The notes under the pieces are model-generated. The model worked only from the letters and a program-made list of their open reading frames with translations, was not told the origin of the DNA and did not search any database. The position numbers and the translations under genes are program-made. From contig JAAPAO010000403.1 of the NCBI GenBank assembly GCA_013115145.1, positions 1-32,380 of the forward strand: a stretch of 32,380 nt of DNA, given 5' to 3'. How positions within the stretch are numbered: the stretch's first letter is position 1; every line of letters begins with the position of its first letter. Source of the stretch: Perkinsus chesapeaki ATCC PRA-425 (taxonomy: Eukaryota > Protista > Perkinsozoa). Shown one piece after another: positions 1 to 12,100 of the stretch.

Positions 1-159
1 ATTTTTGTCATGACTAAAAACCTAGGAATTCAAAATTTCGTGTTACGAGTCGTTCTTGTTGTCGAGAAATATTAAAAAATGCATGTGTGATATAATTTTG
101 TGGAGGGGTTTAGTATACAACTCATCATCATTATCATCAAGCGGATTTCTTCTTGTCAG

Positions 160-3100
160 GTGTCTCTACCTACTCAGGAGGAATGAAGCGTAAGCTCTCC
201 CTTGCTATCTCGCTGCTAGGGGATCCTGACTACATTCTACTGGATGAGCCCAGTGCCGGTATGGATCCCTATTCACGACGATCTATGTGGGATGTTATAT
301 TGAAGCTTGCTCATAATGATGGGAAGACTATAATAATGACAACTCATTTTATGGACGAGGCTGATATGTTATCGGACCGTATAGCAATAATGAGACACGG
401 TCAGCTAATAGCATATGGATCCAGTCTTTTCCTAAAATACAACATCAATCATTTAACTTCTGAAGGCAGTTCCACTACTACCGGAGGGTATACTATAACA
501 GCGACATGTAAGGATCAGGATGTCGTCTTCGTGGGACCTAGGATTTTATTAGACTTGTTATATGTTATATGAAAATTAACATATATATCAAATATTATAT
601 AGTCCTGTCTTCCCGAGTAGCATCAAGTTCGGGCAATGGGGTCACATTTGTATCTCAAGAGGGTCTCCGCATTGCATTATTTCAAACAGGTTCATCCAGC
701 GAAGATCGGTCGAAGGTATTAAAGCAACTTCGTGCGATCATTCCTAACGTGACGGATACAAGTGCAGGAGACAAAGATCTCTCTGTTCAACTACCCTTGG
801 GTGCAGAGAAGCTCTACGCTGATGCTTTGAGTATTGTGAACGCCACCGGAGCGCCAGACGTCACCATCGGTCTTACCTCCCTCGAGGACGTCTTCTTGGC
901 CACTGTGCAGGACGATGAATTGCATGGAGCAGTTGATAGCGTGACTGAGTCACCTACAACTGAGTCTTCTCTCGACACGCAGAATCGAATATGGCAGAAA
1001 GTTGATAACAAGAAGCCCTCGAGATTTCGTAAACAACCATCGGTGATTAGTTAAAGCCCGCCTTCTGCAGGTTCCGTGGTACAGCTGGCAAAGTTCACCT
1101 TCCTCACGGAGTTCCGAACTCGAAGTGTGTTCTTGTTTAATTGTGTGTTGCCAATTATATTCATCCTGGTTGGCTTCATTCTATCATATGTGATAAGCCC
1201 TAAGGGGTCCGTGGAGACCCCACCGTCACTCGATCTTTTACCATCGGCAATCACACTGGGCTCCACAGATCCCTTTTACGTACAAGGGGATGCCTTCAGC
1301 CCATCCGCTCTTGGCGCGCCACTCCGATGGACATCCAGTCTCCCGTCAGGAGGGTGAGTGATTCGAGTATCTTTCTTGAGGAATCTCAAACCTTGCTTTT
1401 CGTTACCATCTACTATATCGCATGATAAGACTACTATTATGGCAGCATCGTTATAGGGATTAGTACGGTGAGCTGTGGAGTGAGCGTAAATCTTCAGTTT
1501 CTACGGTCTGGAATTCCGCCTCTGACTGCTTGAAGAATGGCGGGTATGTATTTCAATTCAGGCACCTTCTGGCCAACTACGAGAGTAACGGGACTTTGCA
1601 GTATGATCCGAATATCGTCTCAAGCCTCCCTTTGTCACTGTCAGCTATGACCAACTCCACCCTATCCAATTTTTCCGTGAGCTTATATCCTCCCTTAAAT
1701 CAGCAAAGTCTTCATCAGGTGTCTGTAAGTAATTCTCCATTGCCGTATGTCAAATCTGTCCTGGTTGATATAACACAATTATTGGTTCCAATGTTCACCA
1801 TGATGGGCTTTATCCCGTACGCGTATGTGGTGATACGGATAGCACGCTGGAAGGACGATCATATCATAACTCAGTTAAAGTTGATGGGTAAGATGATAAA
1901 TCTTTCCAACCCTCCAGTAGCACCTCCAATCAGGTATGCCAGTACGGCTGCAATATTTAGCCCTGTTTGTCCAACGCCTTCTTTTTGGCTTTCTACCGGC
2001 CTTCGCCGTTATTCTCATCGCCGCTGGGGGATTCGGCTCCGAGGTTAGTTCCTCCACTTATATTTGTCCTTAGCTTTTGTTAGTTACTCGGAGATGGTGG
2101 CCGATGGTTCGCCTATATAATGTTGGTCATCACAACCTTCTTTGCCCTCATACCCTTTGCGATGATGCTTGCTCCATTGTTCAAGACCGGACGGCAGGCC
2201 AGCGACTCGTTCCCACTTATGTGGAATTGTCTATCTATCATTCCTTATATTATTATTTGGATTCTGTCCACCAACTCTGCCGAAAGTGATGCTTCACAAT
2301 CGCTTTTTCTGTTCGGTTTCTATCCGCATTCCTCAGGTACCCGAAACATCGGTGAAATACTCGGTAACATCATGACTATCATACCGACGCTTGCCTACCA
2401 AAGAGGGTCACAGGAGATCCTTAGCCTTCAGGTAGAAGCCTTTGAACATAATAAACGTGCATAACCTTGCTATGGCGGGCTGACTCAATACTGTAGGGCT
2501 TTCCGACTTGAATGATATGCTGCGGTGTAACGATTCTAAGCTTCGTGTGACGGCGTGTGGCCAACACGGTGTTGGGGGATTCCTCTTGGAAATATGACAT
2601 ACTCCTTCTCTCAGTTCGTCGTCGACCGTGCTTCTGGAATGGAAGGCTCACCAGTTGAATGGTCTGATACGTTCGATCCTAATAATGGTGTATTGACCCC
2701 TATTCTGGTTAATGTTGGCATGTTCATCGCATGTAAGCTCGCAGGGGTGAAGTGGATGACAATTAGTTTTCACTCAGCGACCTGTGTGGTTTGGTATCAA
2801 ACTCGAGACGTCATTTCTAAACAGATGAAGAATAGAAAGAGACAAGACACTCTAGGGGGTATACCAGAATCTAAGGACCTTCTAGAAGAGATAATACGAG
2901 CCGATGAAACAAAAGAGGGAATTGCCGTAAGGTTGTGTGTGATGATAGTAATGCTCCAAAGCCTTCTCTAAGGTCCGAAATCTGACAAAGAGATATCCGA
3001 ACCAGAAGAAGGCCGCTGTGAAAGATCTCAACATGGGCGTATCACCATCTGAGGCTCTGGTGCTACTAGGTCCCAACGGAGCTGGTAAAACAACTACTAT

Positions 3101-4196
3101 GAAGATGTTGACTGGAGAGGAAGTTCCCACTGCGGGTGAGGGCACTGGCATTTGCCGTCTGGAAAATTCTACTTCCAAGGTACAATGAAGCTTGGCAGCC
3201 GTGAGGACTTCCATGCAGCTGAGCAGAAAAATCTCGACATCAACGATCTCTACAGGAGACAGGTCTGTGGTTATTGCCCGCAGTTCGATGCTTTATTTCC
3301 TGAACTGACGGTAAGCCTCATCTCCTACGCAGTTGCATATAACAGTGGTGTAGGTGAAGGAGCATCTTCGACTTGGTTGCACATTGAAAGGACTGAGTAC
3401 TCGGTCTGCTGTGTCATCACATAAAGCACATGTGGACGCTATAGTGACAGCGCTTAATCTTGGTATAGCCAGATCGGATGGATACCACTAATGTTTACGC
3501 GCTTTCTCAGGCCCTTATCTCAACACGCTGTCTGAGAAGCTATCGGGCGGAAATCGACGTAAACTCTCCCTCGCTCTTGCGATGCTTGGCAATCCTTGCG
3601 TGCTATTCCTCGACGAACCATCCACGGGGATGGATCCTTCAGCGAAGCGCTCCGTCTGGAAGGCTCTGGGGTGAGAACCAATTGCTGCCAATGCATCTAT
3701 TTTCATGGTTCCTTAGAGGAGGCTCTGCCCGTCCGGCTATGCTCATTTCGACACATTACATGGATGAAGCCACAGCGTTATCAACGCGTATTGGTATAAT
3801 GATAAACGGCCAACTGCGTGTCGTAGGCGCCGTTTCCGAGTTGGCCACAAGGTGGGCTTTGGTCATGTGATGATCATCTTGAAGCTTTTTCTCAGGTTTA
3901 GTCGTGATGTTTCGATTGAAGCATCGCTCAGCCCGGGTCGCAGCGCCTCTGATTTGGCCAGCGCGCTATCTACAGCTCTAGACGGTGCAAATGTCGTTGT
4001 GATTGAAGATTTCAATCATACAGCGACCGTCCAGGTTCCGATAAGTGACGGGTTGACACCAACGGAAGAGATAGCGGAACTTTTCCGCATAATGGAAGGC
4101 TCCCTTAAAGAGCAATGCGGTGTAGTCTACTACAACCTCAAGCTTATGAGTCTCGAACAAATCTTCATTAATCTTGTTCGAGAACAGAGACAATAA
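160..4196 (+). CDS. ABCA: ABCA-subfamily full-size ABC transporter, multi-exon; 5' part lies upstream of the window
   Basis: The NBD1 C-half reads [26 protein letters not shown] and TTHFMDEAD (160-430). It is followed by TSLEDVFL (~885), a hydrophobic second TMD (1071-2750) and NBD2. NBD2 has Walker [10 protein letters not shown] (3069-3095), [31 protein letters not shown] (~3540-3640) and STHYMDEA. The C-terminus is [11 protein letters not shown] with TAA at 4194-4196. Short GT-AG introns restore frame, e.g. 1029-1070 (42 nt) and 2927-2972. The first visible acceptor AG is at 158-159. Confidence 0.95.
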
Positions 4197-4378
4197 ATGA
4201 AGCTCGCTCCAACATTCTTTGGCACTCTCAAGGTTACAACGCTCATTTATAGGCAACTCCCGTTTACTTCGGAATCATATAATTTCTACTCGAACATAAT
4301 CGAGTGTTTTGTTGGTAACATAACCTCAAGCTTATGAGTCTCGAACAAATCTTCATTAATCTGTCCGGGAACAGGGAT
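4134..4378 (+). repeat. Direct duplication of the ABCA 3'-terminal coding segment (41 bp exact, about 57 bp similar)
   Basis: aacctcaagcttatgagtctcgaacaaatcttcattaatct occurs at 4134-4174 (inside the last ABCA exon) and at 4322-4362. It is followed by tgttcgagaacagaga in the first copy and gtccgggaacaggga in the second. Confidence 0.95.
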
Positions 4379-4458
4379 GATGGGCTCCTCCATGAGATTC
4401 TCGTACACGCCGGTTTATGGCCCATAGTTATTCTATGGAGCATGTCATGAGGTTAATT

Positions 4459-4509
4459 TCAAGTTCCTCGACTCAGTCGAGGAACTTGACCACAGTCGAG
4501 TCGACTGTG
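4459..4509. repeat. Two abutting perfect inverted repeats, each with a 1-nt centre
   Basis: tcaagttcctcgact-c-agtcgaggaacttga (15-bp arms, 4459-4489) and cacagtcga-g-tcgactgtg (9-bp arms, 4491-4509). Confidence 0.95.
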
Positions 4510-5209
4510 TCGGGCTCACCCTCTGGTCCGTATTGTCCATCTGAACTCTTGGGCCGTACAATCGAAATTGGTCAGCACCGCTCCCACCTCTCCATAGATT
4601 TTCGAGTTTCATAATTCATTTATATGTGACACGCTCGAATGACGTAAATCCACGAGGGGGATAATCAGCTCGTCAGATAATTGATAATATCTATTTGATA
4701 TTACCTGAATCATTTTGTCTGATGCTCTGTTCGCTTTCGGTGATTCGAGCTCGCCTTTCTATGGTATATCGTAGCTTGTTAGCGGATGAACAGCCAATAT
4801 TTTATAGAGGGCTTCACTGGAGCCTCAGTGAGCACTAGTGGAGCGTCACACAGCGAACACGTAGAGCCGCTCCACCGCCTGCCTGGCCAATCACATGGCA
4901 GGTCTGGTCGAGGGAAGTTCTAATCGAGAAGTTTTCAAAGAGCATGACAATTAGTAGTGTAGAGCGGGTCGGAACATCGTGTCCTGAACTGCTCATGAAG
5001 TCAGATCCTGCTCACCATCAACTAAGTTACGCCTCAGATATATTGTCCTGTATTGTGTTGCAAGAGCAATCACCGTCTTTGAACACGCCTTTTATGCGGC
5101 ACTGCACCTGGCCTCCGTTCACACTGGCGACCCAACCCAACTGAAGATCACGGACCCAACCCGAAGCATCTGGGGTTTCCTTTCTAAATCTACCCTCACG
5201 AGGAAACAA

Positions 5210-5839
5210 TTGGCATTCCGAGTTGGGGACATTTTGGGGACTGTCTCGGAGACAGTGTCTCCTTCAGAAGGGTTAGACAGTCTCGGACTATTAGCCAATA
5301 GCTTGCAGTTAACCCTTCGAGTACCCTCAAGCCCTGATGCTACTGATGACGTTGATAAGGCTTATTGGTTCTACACTCATGCTTGCTGGCAGCAACCAGC
5401 AACGTGCTCGTGGGTCCCTTCCGTGTCACAATGCTACTGATAAGTATGACCATATACGTTTAAGTAGACGGCAGAATGGACATACTTATTATGATAATAT
5501 GACTTTACCGATGGTGAGCATTGTTGACTTCCGTATGCCCCTAGATGGAAAAATCATTGTATTCTACACGTACGCAGGATCTCTTATGCCACACGGGGGG
5601 TACTTGAAGTACCGTACTTCTGTGATTACTCTGTTACATTGCAACCTCCACAGCTATTCATCACTCTTGGCGATAAATGCTGGTCACTAGTTATTGATTC
5701 TAATGGCTATTATGATAAAACCATTCTTGATGGAATCATCATTGACAATAATCTTAAACGTCTCAGAGTGCCAAGAGCAGATCACGGTTATGATGAGTAC
5801 ACTTCTGAACCAGGGTCTCTGGGTCAGGGACTAGTGTAA
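5210..5839 (+). CDS. Hypothetical spliced gene or gene remnant, product unknown
   Basis: Overlapping + frames give protein-like segments (DHIRLSRRQNGHTYYDNMTLPMVSIVDFRMPLDGKIIVFYTYAG; LFITLGDKCWSLVIDSNGYYDKTILDG...GLV*). An acceptor-like ctccacag lies at about 5645-5653. No family recognised and the start is unresolved. Confidence 0.35.
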
Positions 5840-6569
5840 AGTGTAAAACACCGGTCTATTATTGGGGCTTTCGTTTTCTGGCGATAGAGTGCCTTGTTTG
5901 TTGTTTATGCGTCTGCGAGGTGCGCGTATACTGCTATTATCCACCGGTATTGTTATTTTCAGTCGTATGACTTAGTTCTACGTTGCCCAATGCTAGAGAA
6001 GCCTTCTCCACAGCAAGCATAGAGAAGATAATCATTAGTTGTATGCCTTGCGGTTGGATTTCTCTTTCTTGATTCTTTATCGAGTTGAGAACAGTTGGGT
6101 GTTGTGTCGGTTGCATTCGAATCGAGTGCAGCCGTCACAAATTGTGGCAGTCTTGGGTTGTGTCGAGGTTCCTATGTCAGTGCATCGCAAGTTGTTTGGA
6201 GCGTATGTGTGGCTCTGAACATCAGAAGCCCCCGGAAGAAATTCACATTTTCCTGTTTAATTCAGGAACATACGTTCTACCAGTTCGTGTTCCATCTCCG
6301 CCTCAGTACAACTTTTTCCTCAAGGCCAAAGGATAACCACGTTTCTATGAGGCGGCCAGATGTCTCCCTGCACCGTGTGCAAACACACGTGGCAAACACT
6401 CCAGAGCCAAAGTCGCGCGTTCTATCGCTGGCGAAGGACTTCCAGTGCTCGAAGAAACTTCGTAGAATGCCGAATGAAGTTCATAGACTGCCGGAACCAG
6501 ACCATGCTGAAGGTCGTCTGTCCGCATTCCCAGCTAGGAGCGTGGAGTGTGTTCCTTAGGCTCTACTGT

Positions 6570-8951
6570 GGATGTGGAGATTACTAGCACATTGCCTGTA
6601 TTATCGACGTCAACTCAGTGTACTACAAGCGTCGTTAATGCAGCGTGTGGCAGCGATTTGAAATCGCCGTCCGATGGGTGGGAACTGTCCGTTCTCATGG
6701 TAGAAAGTGTCAGTTGGAGCCGCCTGCTTGTGTTTTCACCACCGTTACAGAATACCGCTCTTAGGCTTTGCTGCTTTGGGAAAATCGTGTGCTGAATCAA
6801 AGACTAGCGGAGGCGGAGTGTCGGTTTGTGGGCCAGCCAGATTCGAACGAAATTGACACTGCGACCGCCAGCATCGCCTCGAAAACCTCGCAGCCGGCCT
6901 GCTCGCCGTGCAACAGTGCAGTGTCAGGGGAGCTGCCCATCCCTCCCCTATTCTGGTTAATGGTCAGTGGTACACAGTCCATCCGATTGAGGATGGAGAT
7001 CTAGTCCCCGACGAGGGGGCCGAAGCTGTGAATGGTCTAGCGGAGCGAAGCTTTGACGATCCCCCTCTTGAGCTGCTGGGGCATCAACATGACTGTCAGC
7101 CACAGTGCAGCATCGGGGAGCTGCTCGGCCCGGAAGCTCTGAGTCCCTTCGAGGAATTCCCAAAGGTCACCTACCCCGATGAGAATCGAGATGAGTGAGC
7201 CAGAGATTCGGCGAGCTCTCTCTGTACATGCCCGATTCTTCATCCCAGTAACCACTCAGTTGGCCTCTTCAACGTCGCTGGTGCGGGTCGTCGAGCGAAG
7301 GGCGCCGTTGGCGCATCTCTGGAGAGCCTTCCTTCACTAGCGTATACCGTCCGTCTCGGTGCCTGTCTCGATCGTTCTTATTTCAGAGCTCCCCGTGTAA
7401 TATTGAACAACTTCGATAGGATTCTGCGTCGATCTCCATCGGTGAGGCAATCATGTCTCCAACCCGCTGAAGGCGTTTATCAGCCACTGCGTGACAAGCT
7501 CGGAAAGGCGCCTCGTCCCGACATAACACTAGCGAGCCGAGAAGGCCCTCCTCTTGTAGCACAACCGATAGCAGTTGAAGCCGATGAGTCTGTAAGTTAC
7601 GCGGACGAATCCACTCTGATCAAGATCGATGGAGATGGTAAGTCTTGCCCTGCAACTTTGAGTGTTGCGCTGTTGCATGTCAGTTTCCGACTTGGTCACA
7701 CCGAACTCGCCCAGACCGGGAGCCGCAGATCTTCATGACGACACCTTCGCCTTATCAAGCGATACTACAGGGTGATGCGAAAAAAGGGCTCATGCCTCAT
7801 ATTTTTTGGCGCGTGAGAGTTACGAGTGAAGTAAGGTACCAACTTGAAGCCCTTGGTGAACTCTTCCTAATGCCATTGTGATATTCGAATTAGGCTCTGA
7901 TAATGGTTGAACAAAAAAATCGTTACATACAGACTGGGGGCTGACTGTTCGAACAAATCTGATAGTAGAAATTCAGGTCGGGCCGCAGCTCATCTACATC
8001 ATATAGAGATTTGAACACGGAGGAAACTGATACCTCAACTTGACACCTCAAAGATCGTCGGCCCTTCTTTAACCAAGTCTACGATTGCGTAAAACATATA
8101 TTACATTATGAACAAACAGCACTTGAACAGAGGCATTGTGAGAGCTGTAACTTAAGAATATATAATCTATTCTCGAGTTGGCCTAAGTATATGCCGCTCA
8201 TCGACACGTTAACGTTTTAGTGAAGGATCTCACCGATAGTGGCTCGCCCTCAGTGAAGTTGATGATACGCTCAACATAGTTTTGTAGAAGAGTTTTGAAG
8301 CTGCGTTCAGTACAAGCTTCATTGTTCGAATTGCCAGGGGAATCGAGAGCTAAAGGAGTCTTTTGTCAAACCAGCGATCGTTTCCACATTGCATCGAAAA
8401 GCGGCTATGATGGTAATGTCAGTCGTAGCTTAGGATCGCATAAATCGCAGTATGGCTCGGAAGGGGTAACGTGGATTCGCACTCATTGCGTAGATTAGTA
8501 ATGTCAAGCTCAGCTACTGACCTGTCGATTATCGAGTTGCCTGATGGCACACGCTAACCTCACCAACATTCAACACTTTCGACAGACACCACGGGTAACC
8601 TGCGGCCGGAGTATATCTGTGCTGTCGAGCTCGCAAAGGAGCTCACACGACAACGGGAATTCGTCGAGAAGATGAAATCACTGGCGGTACTCGAGAGTAA
8701 ACTGAAGAAGAAAGCCACCGACTTGGAACAGCGTGAAGTGAGTGCATTCCTCGGGCACACCTCCTTCCCGAGACTCAGGAGGTTCATCGCATCTCAAGGT
8801 ACGCATTCTCTCTGCAGAAGAGAGTCTTCAGAAGGAGAAGGATGGTGTCGCTACTACGTTACGATGCCGCGATGAAGAGCACGCATGTATAAGAACGGTT
8901 CTTCCTTTTTTATTAATAACTCCATTAATAACTGGTGTATCGAATATTTGA
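6570..8951 (+). CDS. Hypothetical multi-exon protein with coiled-coil segments
   Basis: Exon-like segments: ALLLWENRVLNQRLAEAE after an AG at 6763-6764; an acidic low-complexity segment at 6980-7198; the 7403-7640 segment ending at a gtaagt donor; and ELAKELTRQREFVEKMKSLAVLESKLKKKATDLEQRE ending at a GTGAGT donor at 8738. Start and stop are approximate. No family recognised. Confidence 0.5.
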
Positions 8952-8958
8952 ATGATGG

Positions 8959-9150
8959 TCGGATAATTGAGATGCACGAATCGGTCGGATATAAGAGCGC
9001 GCATCCGGATATTCGGGTGTGGTTTTTCGGATCTTCTTCGTGATCGAATCGGATAATTGAGTGCGGGTCGGATAATTTAATGATATCCGGATATTTGATG
9101 CGCGCCAGTCGGATATAAGAGTGCGCGAGTCGGAAACATGACCCGGAAAT
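8959..9150 (+). repeat. Cluster of 10 co-oriented YCGGAW motifs with about 21-bp spacing
   Basis: CGGA starts at 8960, 8986, 9006, 9028, 9050, 9069, 9088, 9110, 9131 and 9144. Longer words recur: tcggataattgag (8959, 9049), gtcggatataagag (8984, 9108) and atccggatatt (9003, 9085). Confidence 0.85.
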
Positions 9151-9179
9151 GCTGTACTTTTTTCGAATCTTTAACTTAT

Positions 9180-12100
9180 GGCTGTTGAGTCTACCAGTGT
9201 CTCAGCCAAGGCTCTGAACAAGTGTGTCACAAACTCAACACAGAGTGCAGATTTGCAAGCTATTCCCGATATGGACGCACATCGGGTGTATCTTCTCGAA
9301 AGTGTCTACACACATCATGCATGAGACTGCCGTGACAGCCTCCAGTAAGCTCGGTACAGTCCCTCGTGGCTTCCACTAAGCTCATCATCATACCTAAAAG
9401 TCCATACAGAACCTAAGATTGCTCAATAGCCAACTTGTAAGTTTCAAGGTGTGGAATGATAAGACCGCCATCGTTATGAATGCATCAGCGTCCCTCTTCT
9501 CGATAGCTCGCCGCCAGAGGACCTCCACAGCTGAATCCACTATGGCAATTTTACGGCGAGTAATTGGACATGGACTCAAACCTGCTCTCTTATCGAGTGT
9601 CAAAAACAATAAATTCGCACTTACAAAGCGCCAATACCATCCGGCATATCGAGGCCTGTAACGTAGGGGTGATCGCATGACGAGCAGCAGGCACAGGTTT
9701 GAGCATATCCAACCAACCATCATCAACAAGCCGCGGTCCAACCTTTGCTGAAGTCTGCTGGCACTGGGCGAGATCTGAAAAGCAGGCTTACCAAAAACTC
9801 AACCTGTGGAAGTCTAATGGAAATCAGAAGGCTGTGACCCTACCAGTGATGAGTTCGAAGACGACCGTTGCCCTGGTTACGGCGGCAGTAGCATTCTCGC
9901 TAGCGGGAGACTGCAAGATAACCTTTGAGTTCACATTAGACTCGACAATGGCGTCGACAACCTTCCCCAATGTGCTTCGATTCACCATGGAACTGGCATG
10001 GAAATGATAGCACTGGTATCGCTATGGACCTCACCTCTTCGCCAAAGCTATGATGTCGCAGCATCGCGAGAGCAGCGCGACCGGTATATCTGGTCGAGTC
10101 GCCAACGATAGGATCAGAGAAAGAATACCCGTCCTGGCAAGATGGTCAGTAACGCTTGGAAGGCTCTTATTATCAATTATAATGGTAACTGAAAAGGGAC
10201 AGCGAACACGATCAGGAAGCACGCAACAGTTGGCTCACTGAGTATGTCTAACAGCACCGCCGTGAGCTCGTCGCTCCCGAGCTCCCGTTGCCCTCGTCGA
10301 GGAGCCGTAGCGGCTGACCATACCAGCTTGAATGCTCGAACGAATGGTGAGACTTCGCCTTCCAAGCAGAGTACGGGATGCAGCTGGACGGGAATTCCAC
10401 GATTGTGTTTGCTGCTAGGCCTACCGCCGCCATTCTTCCCATGAGCCTGGTCAGAGTAGCCACGAACCGATAAGTGTCCAAAGATTGGGGTCGTGGGGTC
10501 TGGACGGTCCTTGGGGTACCCAACTGGAGTCCAGTCACCGACTCGGAGAGCGACCGAGCTACACGGACGAGAATGCCACTGACTGCAGCAGGATCCTAAC
10601 AGGGCGAAGCTGATCGTAACAGGAATCAATTTCGGAGCCTTCGAATGAGCGTGGCCCCGCTGAAGGAGTTCACTACGTCTAATGCGGCTTGAAGATGTTG
10701 GACTGATAGCATTTATGGCACCTTTATACTAGCTGAATTCTCCATTGGCTCGATGACAGCGAAACGGTTAATCGATTTGCATATTTATCTTGCCAAGTGG
10801 TACTTTATCGAATTGACTTGTTCCATTTGGAATGGCGATTAAAAATTTAGTATGTTGGACCTCACAAACTCTCATCGTTTAACACTTGGGACTGTCCGAA
10901 ATTCCCAATAATCACCTTGATTCGACAACTTCAGCAATATGTAGAAATGGAGTAACGAAAAAATCCGTACACTGCGTAGCCTTCGTAGCGTACGGTACGC
11001 TGCGAAGGCGTAAAACTGCAGCCAGGAATCACTCCGACTCGCCTTTATATTCGAGATGCTCAAAATAGACTGCAGTGCCACAGCCACATCGCAAGTTCCA
11101 GCAGAGACATCCTCCGGTCGAAAACAACCAAGCAACTGAAAACAATGTGATTTAGAGTGAGACAACGAGTTCACCTCAGCAGATGCCTTCTCGAATAAAG
11201 TCTCGCGCATTTCCTTCATACCGTCTTCTCCGTTATCTCTAGCTGAGTCGTGAAACCTACATCACCAGAGAATCCTCTCAGAAGTCGCCGATAGCTCAGC
11301 AATTATATCAAACACTTGCATGGACGAAAGCTCATTCGAGCGACAGTTCCTTGAAAATACGAAAAGCCGCAGTTGCAGCTTGCGCCCAGAAATCTAGTTA
11401 AGCTGGCTTTAGCATCGGACAGGCGGAAAAGAAAGTATATAGGAAGCCATAGCACTTGAAACGAGGCTGAAGACTCACAACTTTATACTATCTCCAATGC
11501 AGCTTATTGACGCTAAGGTCAATGTAGCCTTCCATGGTAGTAGCTGAGTTGCAGGGCCATTGGTGCACGGCGCTACCCTAAGTAAGAACATAGATGCGGT
11601 TCATTTGCCCCACGAGCTTCACCGAAGCTGCTTCGAGTCGGCAAATGTAAAGAAAACGCTGGGATGCCTGGTGGGTTTCCCAGCTGAGCTCTACAGTACA
11701 CCAGGCAGATTACGAGAGTAGAGGCATTCATGCAAGGAAACGCCATGTTCTGCCGGAGCATTTCGGTTATCAAATTCTGGCGCTTTTTTCGCATAGAAGT
11801 GATTCTTGGTCTAGTGACCGACTTTGTTTAATTTCACACCTATAAGGAGGTGTATTACTGAACCAATTTAACGAGCATTTGGCCAACGAGTTCCTACAAC
11901 TCTACGAGAGTTCGTTTAACGGTCAACTGTGGCAGGTGGGCAGATTCTCCAACGCTGACGATGAGTACACCTTACCATCTCCTTATCCATTCCACCATGG
12001 ACTCCTCCTGACACTTCATCCATAGCACTGCAGGTCGAAGCGCTTCGGCACTACGGCGGGAATTAAGTTGATCCCTAACGCTACGAAGCACCTGACAGAG

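Noticed and set aside
9419-9661. + strand 80-aa basic ORF
   Set aside because: The - strand has clear splice signals (gtaagt...gcag) and RTTN-like peptide here, so this ORF is treated as a shadow.
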